64,000 nt of DNA from an uncultured delta proteobacterium (GTDB lineage Bacteria; Desulfobacterota; Syntrophobacteria; BM002). A model generated the notes under the pieces. That model was not told the DNA's origin. It did no database searches and worked only from the letters and a program-made list of their open reading frames with translations. Below are positions 34,503-44,825 of this stretch, piece after piece. Numbering within the stretch: position 1 is the stretch's first letter; each line of letters starts with the position of its first letter. The translations under genes were made by a program, and so were the position numbers. The DNA lies in NCBI GenBank assembly GCA_963712115.1, contig CAVQGX010000012.1:10839-74838 (forward strand). Direction: 5' to 3'.

Positions 34503-36722
34503 TCACTCAACTGACTCAAATTTCGGTTTGAAAATCATTGTAGAAAGTGGCGGAATTTTCAACTTGAGCGAATACGGTTGATTATGCCAGGCAATTTTAT
34601 CGCTCCACAAGCCGCCATAATTGCCTTTATTGCTGCCCCAATAAATTTCAGAATCGCTATTTAAAAGCTCTTCATATTCGCAGTGAAAAGGCACTCCCAC
34701 GCGATAGTCCTCGCGGTACACCGGCGTGAAATTACAGAGGAAGACCAACACGTCTTTGTAATCGCTCGCTCTGCGCATGAAGGTAATGATGCTGTTATCA
34801 GAATCCATGAAATCTATCCACTCAAAGCCAGTGTAATCGAAATCAACTTCGTATAAGGCTGGTTCGTTTCTATACAATCTATTCAAGTCTGCTAAGAAAC
34901 GCTGCAGCTTTTGATGTGGTTCGTATTGCAGCAAATGCCAATCCAAACTGTGGGCCTCTTCCCATTCATCCCACTGGCCAATTTCTGTGCCCATGAACAA
35001 CAATTTCTTGCCTGGATGACCAAACATGAAACCAAGTAAGGCCCTAAGGTTTGCAAACTTTTGCCACATATCGCCAGGCATCTTGTTCAATAGAGCACGT
35101 TTGCCATGCACCACTTCGTCATGGGAAAGGACCAGCATAAAATTTTCGTGAAATGCGTACAACAGGGCAAAGGTAATCATGTTGTGATGGTACTTCCGAT
35201 GGACCGGGTCTTTGGAAAAATAGGTCAAGAAATCGTTCATCCACCCCATATTCCACTTCAGGTTAAAACCGAGACCACCAAGATAGGTTGGCCGCGAAAC
35301 ACCCGGCCAGGCTGTGGACTCTTCAGCGACAGAGAGTACGCCAGGGTGGTAACTGAAGATTATTTCATTCAGCCGCTTCAGGAAGTCTATGGCTCCTAAA
35401 TTCTCGCGCCCACCAAATTGGTTGGGAATCCACTCCCCTTCCTTTCTCGAATAATCCAGGTAAATCATGGAGGCCACTGCGTCCACCCGGATTCCGTCAA
35501 TGTGGTAGTTTTCGAACCAAAACAGAGCGTTGGCGATGAGGAAGTTGCGCACTTCGTTGCGCTCGAAATTATAGACCATTGTACCCCAGTCTTGATGTGC
35601 TCCCTTACGTGGATCAGCGTGCTCGTAAAGGTGCGTGCCATCGAAATATGCCAATCCGTGGGCATCACGGGGAAAATGTGCCGGCACCCAATCGACGATG
35701 ACACCGATATCGTTCTGGTGAAAGTAATCGACAAAGTACTGAAAATCCTCCGGCGTCCCAAAACGCGACGTGGGAGCAAAGTAGCCCAAAACTTGATAGC
35801 CCCACGAAGCATCAAATGGGTGCTCTGCCACAGGTAAAAGTTGAATATGGGTGTAGCCCATCTTTTTCACATGTGCCACCAGTTGATGGGCCAGTTCGCG
35901 GTAGGTTAGGAAGCGATTGCCCTCTGCTGGCACCCGCATCCACGAACCGAGATGCACTTCATAGACTGAGATTGGCTGTCTTAAAGGGTCCGTACTCCGA
36001 CGTCTGTCCATCCATTCCTGATCAGCCCATTGGTGTTTGTTTATGTCAGCGACAATTGAACCCGTGTTGGGACGAACCTCGAACTGGTAACCATAGGGAT
36101 CCGACTTTTCAAAGATATTCCCAGATTTATCCTTAACCTCGTATTTGTAAACTTCTCCCACGCCGATGTCGGGTACAAAAAGTTCCCAAACCCCGGAGGA
36201 ACCCAGGACTCGCATCTGGTGTTTGCCACCGTGCCAGACATTAAAGTTGCCAATCACACTCACATTGCGCGCATTAGGCGCCCAAACTGCAAAATATACC
36301 CCTTTTACACCGTTGACCTCCATGGGGTGCGCACCAAGCTTTTCGTAAATCTTATGATGATTGCCCTGTCCGAAAAGATAAAGGTCCAACTCGCCCATCT
36401 GTGGCAAAAAGAAATAAGGATCGTGCACAAAGCGCTCATGACCATTCATGGCCACGATTCGATACTGATACATGAAAATTTCTTTATGCCCAGGCAAAAC
36501 CACTTCGAAAAAATGCTGGTTATGTGTAGACCGCATGGGGTATTCTTCGCCAGTCCCGGGATTGAATAGGTATACTTCAGTAGAGTCCGGCACAAAGGCA
36601 CGGACCACCCAGTTTTTGCTACCATTGACTTCAATTTCATGGGGTCCCAAAATTTGGAATGGATCATGATGAAGATTCCGTATGACGGATTCCACTTGTT
36701 CTGCGGATATTGTTGGTTTCAT
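34503..36722 (-). CDS. glgB: 1,4-alpha-glucan branching enzyme
   Basis: 'FAVWAPNA', 'YEVHLGSW', 'SWGYQ', 'DWVPAHFP', 'RVDAVASM', 'AEESTAW', '[10 protein letters not shown]'. Confidence 0.98.
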   Translation of the reverse strand: MKPTISAEQVESVIRNLHHDPFQILGPHEIEVNGSKNWVVRAFVPDSTEVYLFNPGTGEEYPMRSTHNQHFFEVVLPGHKEIFMYQYRIVAMNGHERFVHDPYFFLPQMGELDLYLFGQGNHHKIYEKLGAHPMEVNGVKGVYFAVWAPNARNVSVIGNFNVWHGGKHQMRVLGSSGVWELFVPDIGVGEVYKYEVKDKSGNIFEKSDPYGYQFEVRPNTGSIVADINKHQWADQEWMDRRRSTDPLRQPISVYEVHLGSWMRVPAEGNRFLTYRELAHQLVAHVKKMGYTHIQLLPVAEHPFDASWGYQVLGYFAPTSRFGTPEDFQYFVDYFHQNDIGVIVDWVPAHFPRDAHGLAYFDGTHLYEHADPRKGAHQDWGTMVYNFERNEVRNFLIANALFWFENYHIDGIRVDAVASMIYLDYSRKEGEWIPNQFGGRENLGAIDFLKRLNEIIFSYHPGVLSVAEESTAWPGVSRPTYLGGLGFNLKWNMGWMNDFLTYFSKDPVHRKYHHNMITFALLYAFHENFMLVLSHDEVVHGKRALLNKMPGDMWQKFANLRALLGFMFGHPGKKLLFMGTEIGQWDEWEEAHSLDWHLLQYEPHQKLQRFLADLNRLYRNEPALYEVDFDYTGFEWIDFMDSDNSIITFMRRASDYKDVLVFLCNFTPVYREDYRVGVPFHCEYEELLNSDSEIYWGSNKGNYGGLWSDKIAWHNQPYSLKLKIPPLSTMIFKPKFESVE

Positions 36723-36951
36723 ATCTTGACTGTCCTTTTGTTGAAAAACTAAATGCTAGTGGGAAAATCAAATATTTTACATGAACAAATTGCAAAGACG
36801 GGTTAACTAACGCAGTGTTGAGTTACTTTGTTACAAACTATATTATTACTCGATAATAATTGAAGTCAAGGCAACATGAAAAACTTATCCATACCCATCT
36901 CCCATAATCTATTGCCCATAACCCATAACCTATGATCAATTACTTTTTTTC

Positions 36952-37373
36952 CTATTTATCAAAACCCTTGCACCCTGTATCCTTGCCACGTTTTTTGGAC
37001 CGCGGATACTGTCTGCAATGGTTGGGTTTCACCTGGTGAATTCTGCATACGTACTTTTCTTATTTGGTAGCTTTCTCAACCAGGGACATCTTTCGACCTC
37101 CTCTCCGGTGATTGGGCTAGTCCAGGGGTCATATACTGGCGAACCGGCTGTAGGAATAATATCGACCCAGGCCAATATGTCATCTCTGCCTAATTTTGTC
37201 CAAAGTTCTATGTCCTGGGGATGACCGTAGGTACTATAGGCGTCAAGGAGATTCAGGCAACAATTTCCGCATTGTTTACAGACAAAGTCTTTTGGTGGCA
37301 AGTCAATTCTCCATAAAGTGGAAGGGTGTTGTTTCTCTGGATTTTTTATAGCATAGAGCTGTGATAGAGTCAT
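36952..37373 (-). pseudogene. YkgJ/CxxCxxCC-family cysteine-cluster protein, frameshifted
   Basis: 'FVCKQCGNCC...CPWL', then a frameshift near 37056 restores 'KYVCRIHQVKPNHCRQYP...GCKGF*'. Confidence 0.8.
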
Positions 37374-37412
37374 AAAAATAACCTTCTGTATGTTCCTGTG
37401 GGGAGGAATGCG

Positions 37413-37916
37413 ATGAATGGAGTGATCGAAGTTATCAAGAAACGAAGGAGTGTCCGCAGATTTGAGCCCAAGTTGGTGGACAAAGAAGTGATCAAGGAGA
37501 TTTTGGATTGTGCGCGGCTTGCGCCTACTGCAATAAATATTCAACCTTGGGTCTTCGGTGCGGTGACCGATAATGATCTAAAACGGCAGATTGCGGATAT
37601 GACCGACCATGGAAAATTCATCAAAGATTGCGCGGTGTGTTTTGCAGTATTTGCCGACTCCAGCCAGAAGTATTTTCTGGAAGATGGCTGTGCCGCCACA
37701 GAGAACATCTTGTTGGCTTGCACTGCATACGGAATTGGCAGTTGCTGGGTGGCGGGTCACAAGAAAGCCTATGTGGATTCCATCAGAAAACTTCTGAATG
37801 TTCCAGAACCTTATACACTTATTGCCCTAATTGCAGCTGGATATTCAAATGAAAAAGCATCGCCCAACAAGAAATCTTTCCATGAGGTGACCTTTTTCAA
37901 CAAATTCAGCGGATGA
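37413..37916 (+). CDS. Nitroreductase family protein
   Basis: 'IKKRRSVRRF', 'ARLAPTAINIQPW', 'ENILLA..A.G.GSCW'. Confidence 0.93.
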   Translation: MNGVIEVIKKRRSVRRFEPKLVDKEVIKEILDCARLAPTAINIQPWVFGAVTDNDLKRQIADMTDHGKFIKDCAVCFAVFADSSQKYFLEDGCAATENILLACTAYGIGSCWVAGHKKAYVDSIRKLLNVPEPYTLIALIAAGYSNEKASPNKKSFHEVTFFNKFSG

Positions 37917-37936
37917 GAAATATCTGGACGCTAATA

Positions 37937-38128
37937 AGTTGATTAGATAATTAGTTAATTCGTTGAAATCGTAGAAACCGTTCAAGTGGTTGAAGTCGTT
38001 ATTGTCGTGAACGGTAAACGGTGAACAGTAGAAACATCTCTTCTTCGACTGAAGTCGTTAATGAAGTCGTTGAAGTCGTCCAGTCTAGAGATCAGAGGTC
38101 AGAAGTCGGAGATCAGAGGGATTTTGGG
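37937..38128 (+). repeat. Intergenic mosaic (9-mer tcgttgaag, aacggta, tcagagg)
   Basis: Same modules as 24360-24460 and 39510-39575. Confidence 0.85.
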
Positions 38129-38188
38129 AGTGGCGCCGGAATATAATCAGCTAGTGAAACAAAAACCCAAGCTAATCGTCTAATGGTA

Positions 38189-38304
38189 TGTAGGGTTAAT
38201 TCCTAACTAGATGTTCAGAATCCTCCTTGTCTTGACCCTACACATTGCCCTAGCCCCATCGGCTTCAGGTGCAGACCAAATCTAGCCGATGGGGATTCTT
38301 TTTT
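38189..38304 (+). other. Structured element containing a 24-aa hydrophobic ORF (38211-38285) and a terminator
   Basis: Stem tgtagggttaa/ttgaccctaca encloses the ATG; stem ccccatcggct/agccgatgggg followed by a U-tract. Confidence 0.4.
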
Positions 38305-38366
38305 GTAATTAAGCCCTGCTTTCTGTGGCATGACGGACAATCTCTCAGTAAGCTCGATTCCGCCTC

Positions 38367-38675
38367 CTACGGGAAAATTATGTGAAGAACCCAAATTAAC
38401 GCTAACAGCGAAGTAACACCAAAGATCGCTGACTCGACTATGACATAATCTTTAAGGGGTCGATAACTGTCCGCAAGACTCCATCTCCAGGCATTCCACC
38501 ACTTCAGCCCCTGGTGCTCTTCGGCTTGCACGTGATACTCGGGTAGGTCTTTGTTGTTCCTGTAATAAAGAAGTCCGATAATAAACCACACCCAGCAAAC
38601 AAACCCCAATATCACCAAGATCCCTAAGGCCAATTCTGCCAGAAAACGGGCGGAATTTTCTATCAGGCTCCACAT
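38367..38675 (-). CDS. Hypothetical two-TM membrane protein
   Basis: RBS 'aggagg'; two hydrophobic segments. Confidence 0.65.
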   Translation of the reverse strand: MWSLIENSARFLAELALGILVILGFVCWVWFIIGLLYYRNNKDLPEYHVQAEEHQGLKWWNAWRWSLADSYRPLKDYVIVESAIFGVTSLLALIWVLHIIFP

Positions 38676-38860
38676 GAGGCTTCCTCCTTCTGTCGTAAAA
38701 ATTCATGTCCCACCTGTCCAAGGATCTCTCGCGGTCAGGGTCGGTGGTGCCGTCTTGTAACAATCCGAGAATGTACCTCCAACCCTATCACCGCTGGGAG
38801 ACTGCTAGAGGTCTTTGGCAGGCACCACACAGAACTCGCTCTTATGCAGGAAATAAGCCA

Positions 38861-39060
38861 AGTATGGGGCACAGGGCATAGAGCATGGGGCATAGAGCAT
38901 AGGGCATAGAGTTGGAGTTTAGAGGAGCGCTACGCTTGAGGTTGGAGGCAGGTCTCTGGGGATTGCGGATTGAAGAGAGGCAGAGGGCGGAGAGTAATGA
39001 GTCAGGAGTCAGAATTCAGAGGTCAGAAGCCAGGTATAGTAATTTCGAGTTTCGAAATGT
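38861..39060 (+). repeat. Intergenic mosaic of short-repeat modules
   Basis: About six gcat(a/g)g(a/g) heptamers, then the 70-bp block shared with 16099. Confidence 0.9.
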
Positions 39061-39208
39061 TTAGGCTCCATGCTAAGTTCTAATTGAGCTTTTCTGCTTG
39101 CCATTTCCGTCTTGCTTTCGGTAATCTTGTACAAGTTTGATACCCTGCTGAGAATTACGAGAAAAAATCCTTTCAGAGATAGCTTCTGAATATGGCAGAG
39201 TGATAATT

Positions 39209-39433
39209 ATGAGAAAACTCGTGATACTGCTAAATGTGCTTTTGATAGCTTTTGTAATCCAAATCCCCAAGGATTCCTCATCACAGTCAACAACGTGTGA
39301 GTCACGGTGCAGAAATGCATACGCTGATTGCGTATCTGATTGTCAGAAACTACGTGCGGGGTGGTCTGCCATAGATTCCTGTGTCAACGAATGCACCCAA
39401 AGATGGATTCAGTGCAACCGACAGTGTCAGTAA
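39209..39433 (+). CDS. Small secreted 8-Cys protein
   Basis: Signal-like 'MRKLVILLNVLLIAFVI'; two C-x3-C-x6-C-x3-C blocks. Confidence 0.65.
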   Translation: MRKLVILLNVLLIAFVIQIPKDSSSQSTTCESRCRNAYADCVSDCQKLRAGWSAIDSCVNECTQRWIQCNRQCQ

Positions 39434-39439
39434 GAGGGT

Positions 39440-39605
39440 AAGATCGGAGATCAGAGGACAGAGCGTCACTAGGCACTAGGCACCGAGTTCGCAAAGCGCA
39501 TAGCGTTTTGTTGATTGATTGATTAGAGAATTAGAAAATTCTTTAAGGTCGTTGAAATCGTTGAAGTCGTTCAAATCGCAAGCGGAGCTTTGGCTCCGTT
39601 TTTTT
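39440..39605 (+). repeat. Intergenic mosaic of short-repeat modules
   Basis: 39488-39565 is a near reverse-complement of 44700-44776. Confidence 0.9.
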
Positions 39606-39783
39606 TGTGTCCCTATCACACCCTAATTTTCTACTTGGTTGTCCTAGCCCGGCGGCAGGGTTCAGAAAAAGTCTCCAAGCTCTGAGCAGTTTCTCCAGTG
39701 GATTGAGATTTTGAAGGTTACTGTCCTTCAAATTTAGGTTCTGCACAATCCCTCTTGACTGTTTGCCGGCCACAAGATCTTCC

Positions 39784-39799
39784 TGGCACGTCCATTGCA
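39784..39799 (+). promoter_or_regulatory. sigma54 promoter
   Basis: TGGCACGTCCATTGCA, full consensus. Confidence 0.75.
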
Positions 39800-39898
39800 T
39801 TTGTATTCTAGCCCGTATTGTTGAGTGAGAGTCTACTTTAGCAGCAGAAATCACCGTCCTTGTCTCCGAGGGGGACGGGGGCTTCCAAGGAAGGTCCC

Positions 39899-41041
39899 AT
39901 GGAGTGTCCTAAATGCGGTCACGAGCAGGACAATACCTTCGAATGCGAATCTTGCGGAATCGTCTTTGAGAAATATGAGCAGATTCAAGCGAGACTCAGA
40001 GTTCAAGAAACTTCCAAACCGATTGAGATCAGCAGACGGATGGGGTCTCCTAAAAGCAAGAGTCCGTATTACGGCTTGCTGGGTGTGGCATTCGGAATTA
40101 TTGCCTGCTTGGTTCTCTACCGACTTTTTTTATACTCAGATAATAAACAAACCAAGAATGAAGAACTAGCAAAGCGAAGACCTGCGCAGGAAGAAACCAT
40201 CAAAGGGGAGAAGAATATTGAGGTAGTCAAATTAGCTCCCTATACCTCGAGATCTACCAGTGACTATATCGCAAGAGCTGCCAATGCTACCGTCTTTGTT
40301 GAAACCGCATGGGGATCCGGCTCGGGATTCTTTGTTGATGATGGTTGTCAAGTTGTCACCAATCGTCATGTAGTTCATCTTGACCCTCGAAGTGTTGAAT
40401 CTATGGAGGCACAACAAAACCGCTTGAAGCAGATCATTGACTATGAAGAGCAGGAAATTGCCAGAGCAGAAGATGGAGTGAGACATATCTCCGACAGGGG
40501 CAATCGAGAAGAAGTCGAAAAGTTCATAAGGATTAAAAAGGAGCGGCTCGAAGAATTGAAGATGAGACATCAAGCTTTTACTTCGACTTTGGAGAGCATT
40601 AAATACGGATCAGGGCTATCTGAGTTAAACGTAATCTTAATCGATGGGAGCCAGTACACTGCCAGTATTGCCCAGCTGAGTGAACGTTACGATCTTGCTT
40701 TGCTGGTCCTGCCCGAGTCGAATTGTCAGTTCATTGAGCCTGGCAAAACAAACCGTTTAAGGCAAGGTGATCCTGTGTATACCGTTGGTCATCCAGTTGG
40801 ACTGAGACATAGCGTAACATCTGGCATTATCTCTGGTTTTCGAGAACACGCAGGTGTGCGATACATTCAGACTGATGCACCCATCAATCCGGGTAATAGC
40901 GGGGGTCCATTAATTGACCTCAATGGAGAAGTAGTAGGTGTAAACACCATGATACTCGCCGATACAGAAGGTATTGGGTTCGCAATCCCCATAGAAGTTG
41001 TTCTTGATGAGTTTCAGCTGGGAAGGGATTTCGAGCGGTAG
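39899..41041 (+). CDS. Trypsin-like (S1C/HtrA-type) serine protease with N-terminal Zn ribbon and TM, no PDZ
   Basis: 'CPKC...CESC'; 'GSGF', 'TNRHVV', 'DLALL', 'NPGNSGGPL'. Confidence 0.9.
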   Translation: MECPKCGHEQDNTFECESCGIVFEKYEQIQARLRVQETSKPIEISRRMGSPKSKSPYYGLLGVAFGIIACLVLYRLFLYSDNKQTKNEELAKRRPAQEETIKGEKNIEVVKLAPYTSRSTSDYIARAANATVFVETAWGSGSGFFVDDGCQVVTNRHVVHLDPRSVESMEAQQNRLKQIIDYEEQEIARAEDGVRHISDRGNREEVEKFIRIKKERLEELKMRHQAFTSTLESIKYGSGLSELNVILIDGSQYTASIAQLSERYDLALLVLPESNCQFIEPGKTNRLRQGDPVYTVGHPVGLRHSVTSGIISGFREHAGVRYIQTDAPINPGNSGGPLIDLNGEVVGVNTMILADTEGIGFAIPIEVVLDEFQLGRDFER

Positions 41042-41141
41042 CACAGGAGGATTTGGGATTTCTACTTTGAGATGTGCGATGAGGAACATGAGATTTCGAA
41101 TTTAGGATTGCGAAACCGGGAACCCACCCGGAGGTCGGACC

Positions 41142-41717
41142 TTAGGACCCTGGCTTTTGAATCAGATCTTTGAAAAAAAAGAAAACTTCTGGAGTAGCCC
41201 AATTTATTGGGCCAATGATTTTCTCGACAAGAATCCCTTGTTTGTCGATGATAAAGCTTTCTGGAACTCCGGTTATCCCATAGAGAGACCTGATGGTTTC
41301 TCCTGGATCCAGAAGTGCGGGGAAGGTCAAATTCATTTTTCGCATAAAAGGGGCCACTGCTGCACGCCCCTCAGAGTCAATACTAACCGCCAGGATTTCG
41401 AAGTTCTCACCTTTGAATTTTTCATAAAGGCTCTGCATGGAAGGCATTTCTTGCCTACACGGGGGGCACCAAGTGGCCCACACATTGACAAGAACCACCT
41501 TGCCTCTGTGGTCAGAAAGACTAACCTCTCTGCCATTGATATCGGGAAAGGTAAAGTTGGGCATTTCGAGTCCCGGTTGAATCGGTTCTGTGGTTTTTAA
41601 GGTTGAATCTCGCTCCTCCCGTAAAAAAACTATCAAAAATACACAGGCAATAAAAACAAAGAGTATTGTCAATAAGAGTTGAGTGTTTTTTCTTGGTTGG
41701 GTCTCCTGAGTATTCAC
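41142..41717 (-). CDS. TlpA/ResA-type thiol-disulfide oxidoreductase
   Basis: N-terminal TM; 'NVWATWCPPCRQEMP'. Confidence 0.92.
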   Translation of the reverse strand: MNTQETQPRKNTQLLLTILFVFIACVFLIVFLREERDSTLKTTEPIQPGLEMPNFTFPDINGREVSLSDHRGKVVLVNVWATWCPPCRQEMPSMQSLYEKFKGENFEILAVSIDSEGRAAVAPFMRKMNLTFPALLDPGETIRSLYGITGVPESFIIDKQGILVEKIIGPINWATPEVFFFFKDLIQKPGS

Positions 41718-41908
41718 TTTTACTACCTCAGACGATTTGGTTAAGGCTCTTCACTTTACAGTTTAGATATGGCAAAGTCAAAATTTCTCTGCTTTCCCGG
41801 GCTGCAAACAAAAAGTGAAAAGGGTTCACCCCTATAGCTCTGCTGTTTTGAGTTTTACTTAACTTGAATGAGGACCAAATGCATCTTCACCGATACAGCA
41901 AAAAAAGG

Positions 41909-42388
41909 ATGGTGGATGGGCTAGGCGTTCTAAGGTTTGCTGTAGCCTTACTCCTAATGACAGCCTGTGGTTCCGGGGAGGTTCCACTGCCTCAGTCAAT
42001 TGGAGTACTACGGCTGGAGAAACTTCAAGCCGGCGGAGAGGCAAGGCGAGAAATTGATCGGCTGCACGGAAAACAGATCGGCTTCGAGCGTGGTTATATA
42101 GGTTTTTATGTGGCTGAAAACGGCAGTGCCCAGCTTTGGCTTTCGGAGCATAGCTCTGATAGGGAGGCAGCCGAGGCGGTGGAGAAGATGGCAGGCAGCA
42201 TGACGCAAGGGAAGCAACAGAGTTTCTGGCATTTTCGCCAAATGGTAATCGAGGAGCGGACAGTGTATTTCGCCGTCGGGATGGGTCAGGTACACTATTT
42301 TTTTCAAAAAGGGGCCAAGGTAATCTGGCTTGCTGTTGATCCTCCACTGGCCAAGGAAACCATTAGGGACGCTGTGGGGAAGTTTTAA
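41909..42388 (+). CDS. Hypothetical lipoprotein
   Basis: Lipobox 'LMTAC'; start uncertain. Confidence 0.65.
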   Translation: MVDGLGVLRFAVALLLMTACGSGEVPLPQSIGVLRLEKLQAGGEARREIDRLHGKQIGFERGYIGFYVAENGSAQLWLSEHSSDREAAEAVEKMAGSMTQGKQQSFWHFRQMVIEERTVYFAVGMGQVHYFFQKGAKVIWLAVDPPLAKETIRDAVGKF

Positions 42389-43475
42389 AGATGCCGGCTT
42401 CGAACCTTGCCAGGAGCAGCTCACCTGCATAGAGTTCGAGAACTTGGCCATGAATTTCGTAGCGGCCAGCGCCTTCGAGCGCATTAAGAAATATCTGTTC
42501 CTGGTCCATGCCCGATGGGCAGGCCATGCGCGTTGAGCCCAGCGCCGAGAACCGGAGTGTATTTCTGTCACTTTGAAAGCCGCCGAAAAAGCGATTGCAT
42601 CCGGCAAAACCATGTGCGCGGCTGCCTTCAGACGCCAATACCATATGTACCTCCCGCTCTTGCTCCACGGGCTTCAGGGGCCGGCCCTGCAGCTCTAAAA
42701 CCTTCCAATAAGTGTCGGTCAGGCTAGCTTCCGATTTTGATAGACAAGTATCACCTGGCCAGACCTTTCCGAACTTATCGACAACCACCATCTCTGCTTC
42801 ACCATCGCCCTCCATTTTTGGACGCATGGCTGTGTGTCCGGTGATCGTTACCAAAACCTCCGCGCCGGGCTCCGGTCGGGCAGCAAGGTAGGCGCTTTCC
42901 AAGGTGGCGTTGTCGCCTTCCTGGGCTACGAAGAAACTTTTCCTAGTATGGCATTCGACAAAAAGGCCCGCGTCGGCCATGTACCTGTAAATACCGCGCA
43001 GTCGCATGGGCTCCGATATTAGATCAATTTGCCTGGTGCGGTTCAGTTCGTAGTTGAGCTCCGAGCCAATGGGCTCGCCCTCGCTGGTTAGCATATTCAG
43101 GGCTTCAGGGGACTTCAAGGCGAAACGCTGGGGCGCTTCGGTGCCGCCAAAAAGTACTAGCATCCGCCCCTCGTTCGTTAGCGCCCAGCGTCCAAGATCG
43201 TGGAACGTATCGTCCTCACCGTCTTTAGCGCCAACATAGGTCTGTCTTAGCCTGAAGGTGTGGTCTGGCATCAAGGTCAGTGTCATACGGATGCCAGGAC
43301 AAGAAGCACAGGGGATGGTACCGGCAAAGGAGACAGGCGGCTCAATTGTTTTCGACAACTCTGCATTAGTCGAAATCTTGGTTGCTAGCTGTTCATTGGT
43401 GCTCCCATTTCCCATGGCGCAACCAATAGTTAGCGCAATAATTGGGATGAGAGCTGCAAGGGTCAAGGTTCGCAT
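42363..43475 (-). CDS. NlpE/CutF N-domain + OB domain + META(HslJ) lipoprotein
   Basis: Lipobox 'TIGC'; 'FAGTIPCASCPGI'; 'YRYMADAG.F..C'; META 'GFAGCNRFFG...STRMAC'. Confidence 0.85.
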   Translation of the reverse strand: MRTLTLAALIPIIALTIGCAMGNGSTNEQLATKISTNAELSKTIEPPVSFAGTIPCASCPGIRMTLTLMPDHTFRLRQTYVGAKDGEDDTFHDLGRWALTNEGRMLVLFGGTEAPQRFALKSPEALNMLTSEGEPIGSELNYELNRTRQIDLISEPMRLRGIYRYMADAGLFVECHTRKSFFVAQEGDNATLESAYLAARPEPGAEVLVTITGHTAMRPKMEGDGEAEMVVVDKFGKVWPGDTCLSKSEASLTDTYWKVLELQGRPLKPVEQEREVHMVLASEGSRAHGFAGCNRFFGGFQSDRNTLRFSALGSTRMACPSGMDQEQIFLNALEGAGRYEIHGQVLELYAGELLLARFEAGIFKTSPQRP

Positions 43476-43564
43476 CTACTAAACCCTCCTTTTTGTCTGA
43501 TCCGCGGTTGGACGAAGCTAATATCCCTCTCCCACTGATAAGACATTCCCCATTTTTGTCAATA

Positions 43565-43580
43565 TGGCATTTTTATTGCT
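43565..43580 (+). promoter_or_regulatory. sigma54 promoter
   Basis: TGGCATTTTTATTGCT upstream of the FHA gene. Confidence 0.65.
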
Positions 43581-43683
43581 TAGTTAATTAAGGGCGAGAT
43601 ATGGCGAAGAATTAAAGAAGTTCAAAAGTAAATAAGAAACTGATTATTTCGTTCTGTCCGTGGAGAGAGGTTCTGGCTCTGAT

Positions 43684-44061
43684 ATGGAAAAGAAACACAA
43701 TGATCAGACAGGAAACCTACCCATGAAAGACTGCTTCCTGTTCTTAACCAAGGGTTCGAGCCCCAGCACAGGCTATCCTTTGCTGGACGAAATAACCATT
43801 GGTAGCAGTCCAGAAAACACAATCTGTCTTCCTGAGGAAAATGTATCGCCTAACCACGCCAGGGTTAGCTTCCAGGAAGGAGGCTGGACTGTGGAGGATC
43901 TGGGCAGCGCCAGTGGCATTATCTTCAAGGGAGAGCGAGTGAGTAAAGTGGTTCTAGCCTCCGAGGATACCTTCCAGATAGGTGATTTTACTTTTCGCTT
44001 CACCGAGGCGGACATTCCTGAAGCAAGAGATCAATTTTTTGAGACCATAACAATTTTGTAA
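43684..44061 (+). CDS. FHA-domain protein
   Basis: 'ITIGS...N.I.L....VS..HA.V......W.VEDLGS..G...G'. Confidence 0.8.
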   Translation: MEKKHNDQTGNLPMKDCFLFLTKGSSPSTGYPLLDEITIGSSPENTICLPEENVSPNHARVSFQEGGWTVEDLGSASGIIFKGERVSKVVLASEDTFQIGDFTFRFTEADIPEARDQFFETITIL

Positions 44062-44147
44062 GACTAAATGTGAGGCCGAATTTGAACCTTTGTGCCTGAA
44101 TCAAGGGTAAAATCAAAAAAGGGCACTGGTTCCCTCGTAAGGCTAAT

Positions 44148-44555
44148 CTATTTCTTGGGGTCGAGTTGAACCAGGAGGGTGAGCCCTCGGATTCCATGTA
44201 CCCTAACACGTTGTCCACGCCTGATTGGGGGGTTACCTTCAATCACCTCTGCCTGCCATCTTTCGGCCCCAATCTCGACATAACCCGAAGGGTGCAAGTC
44301 GTTAATTGCAATGCCCCGCGCTCCCTCCATCGTGTTTGTCAGTGCCGGACTATCCGGGTCATAGGCCCGCCAGACAAAGGGGAACAGAACTATGTCTTTT
44401 ATTACCAGGAATGCGACCAGACCACAGATGAACCAGATAGGGAGATCCACCCATTTTCGCACCCAGATCAAGACAACAATTACCAAGGCTGTGAAGGGCA
44501 CCTGCAGCAGCGCGTAGCGCAGCACAACTCTAGCTGACCAGCCTTTTCTTTCCAT
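44148..44555 (-). CDS. NfeD-like membrane protein (C-terminal OB fold)
   Basis: Two TMs, then 'G.A...L.P.G.V.IG.E.W.A....I..G..VRV....GLTL.V'. Confidence 0.85.
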   Translation of the reverse strand: MERKGWSARVVLRYALLQVPFTALVIVVLIWVRKWVDLPIWFICGLVAFLVIKDIVLFPFVWRAYDPDSPALTNTMEGARGIAINDLHPSGYVEIGAERWQAEVIEGNPPIRRGQRVRVHGIRGLTLLVQLDPKK

Positions 44556-44635
44556 GCTCTAAAGCCTCTTCTTCTTTTCATAGCCCTTTTTAATTAATCC
44601 CTGTGACCAGGTCAATATCAATATATCAGAAAAGA

Positions 44636-44825
44636 AGTAGTTAGGAGTCAGAATCCAGTAGTCAGTGGTAAACGGTAAACCGTAAGCGGTAAGCCGTGTG
44701 AACCATTTCAACGACTTTAACGAATTCTCTAATTCTCTAATCAACCAATCAACAAAACGCTATGCGCTATGCGAATGGTTGACACATCCCCAATCTGAAA
44801 TCTGCAATCTAAAATCTAAAATCCC
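44636..44825 (-). repeat. Intergenic mosaic, largely in reverse orientation
   Basis: Reverse complement gives gattt, gcatagc, gttgattg, agagaatt, tcgttaaag, ttaccg, ctgact modules. Confidence 0.88.
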
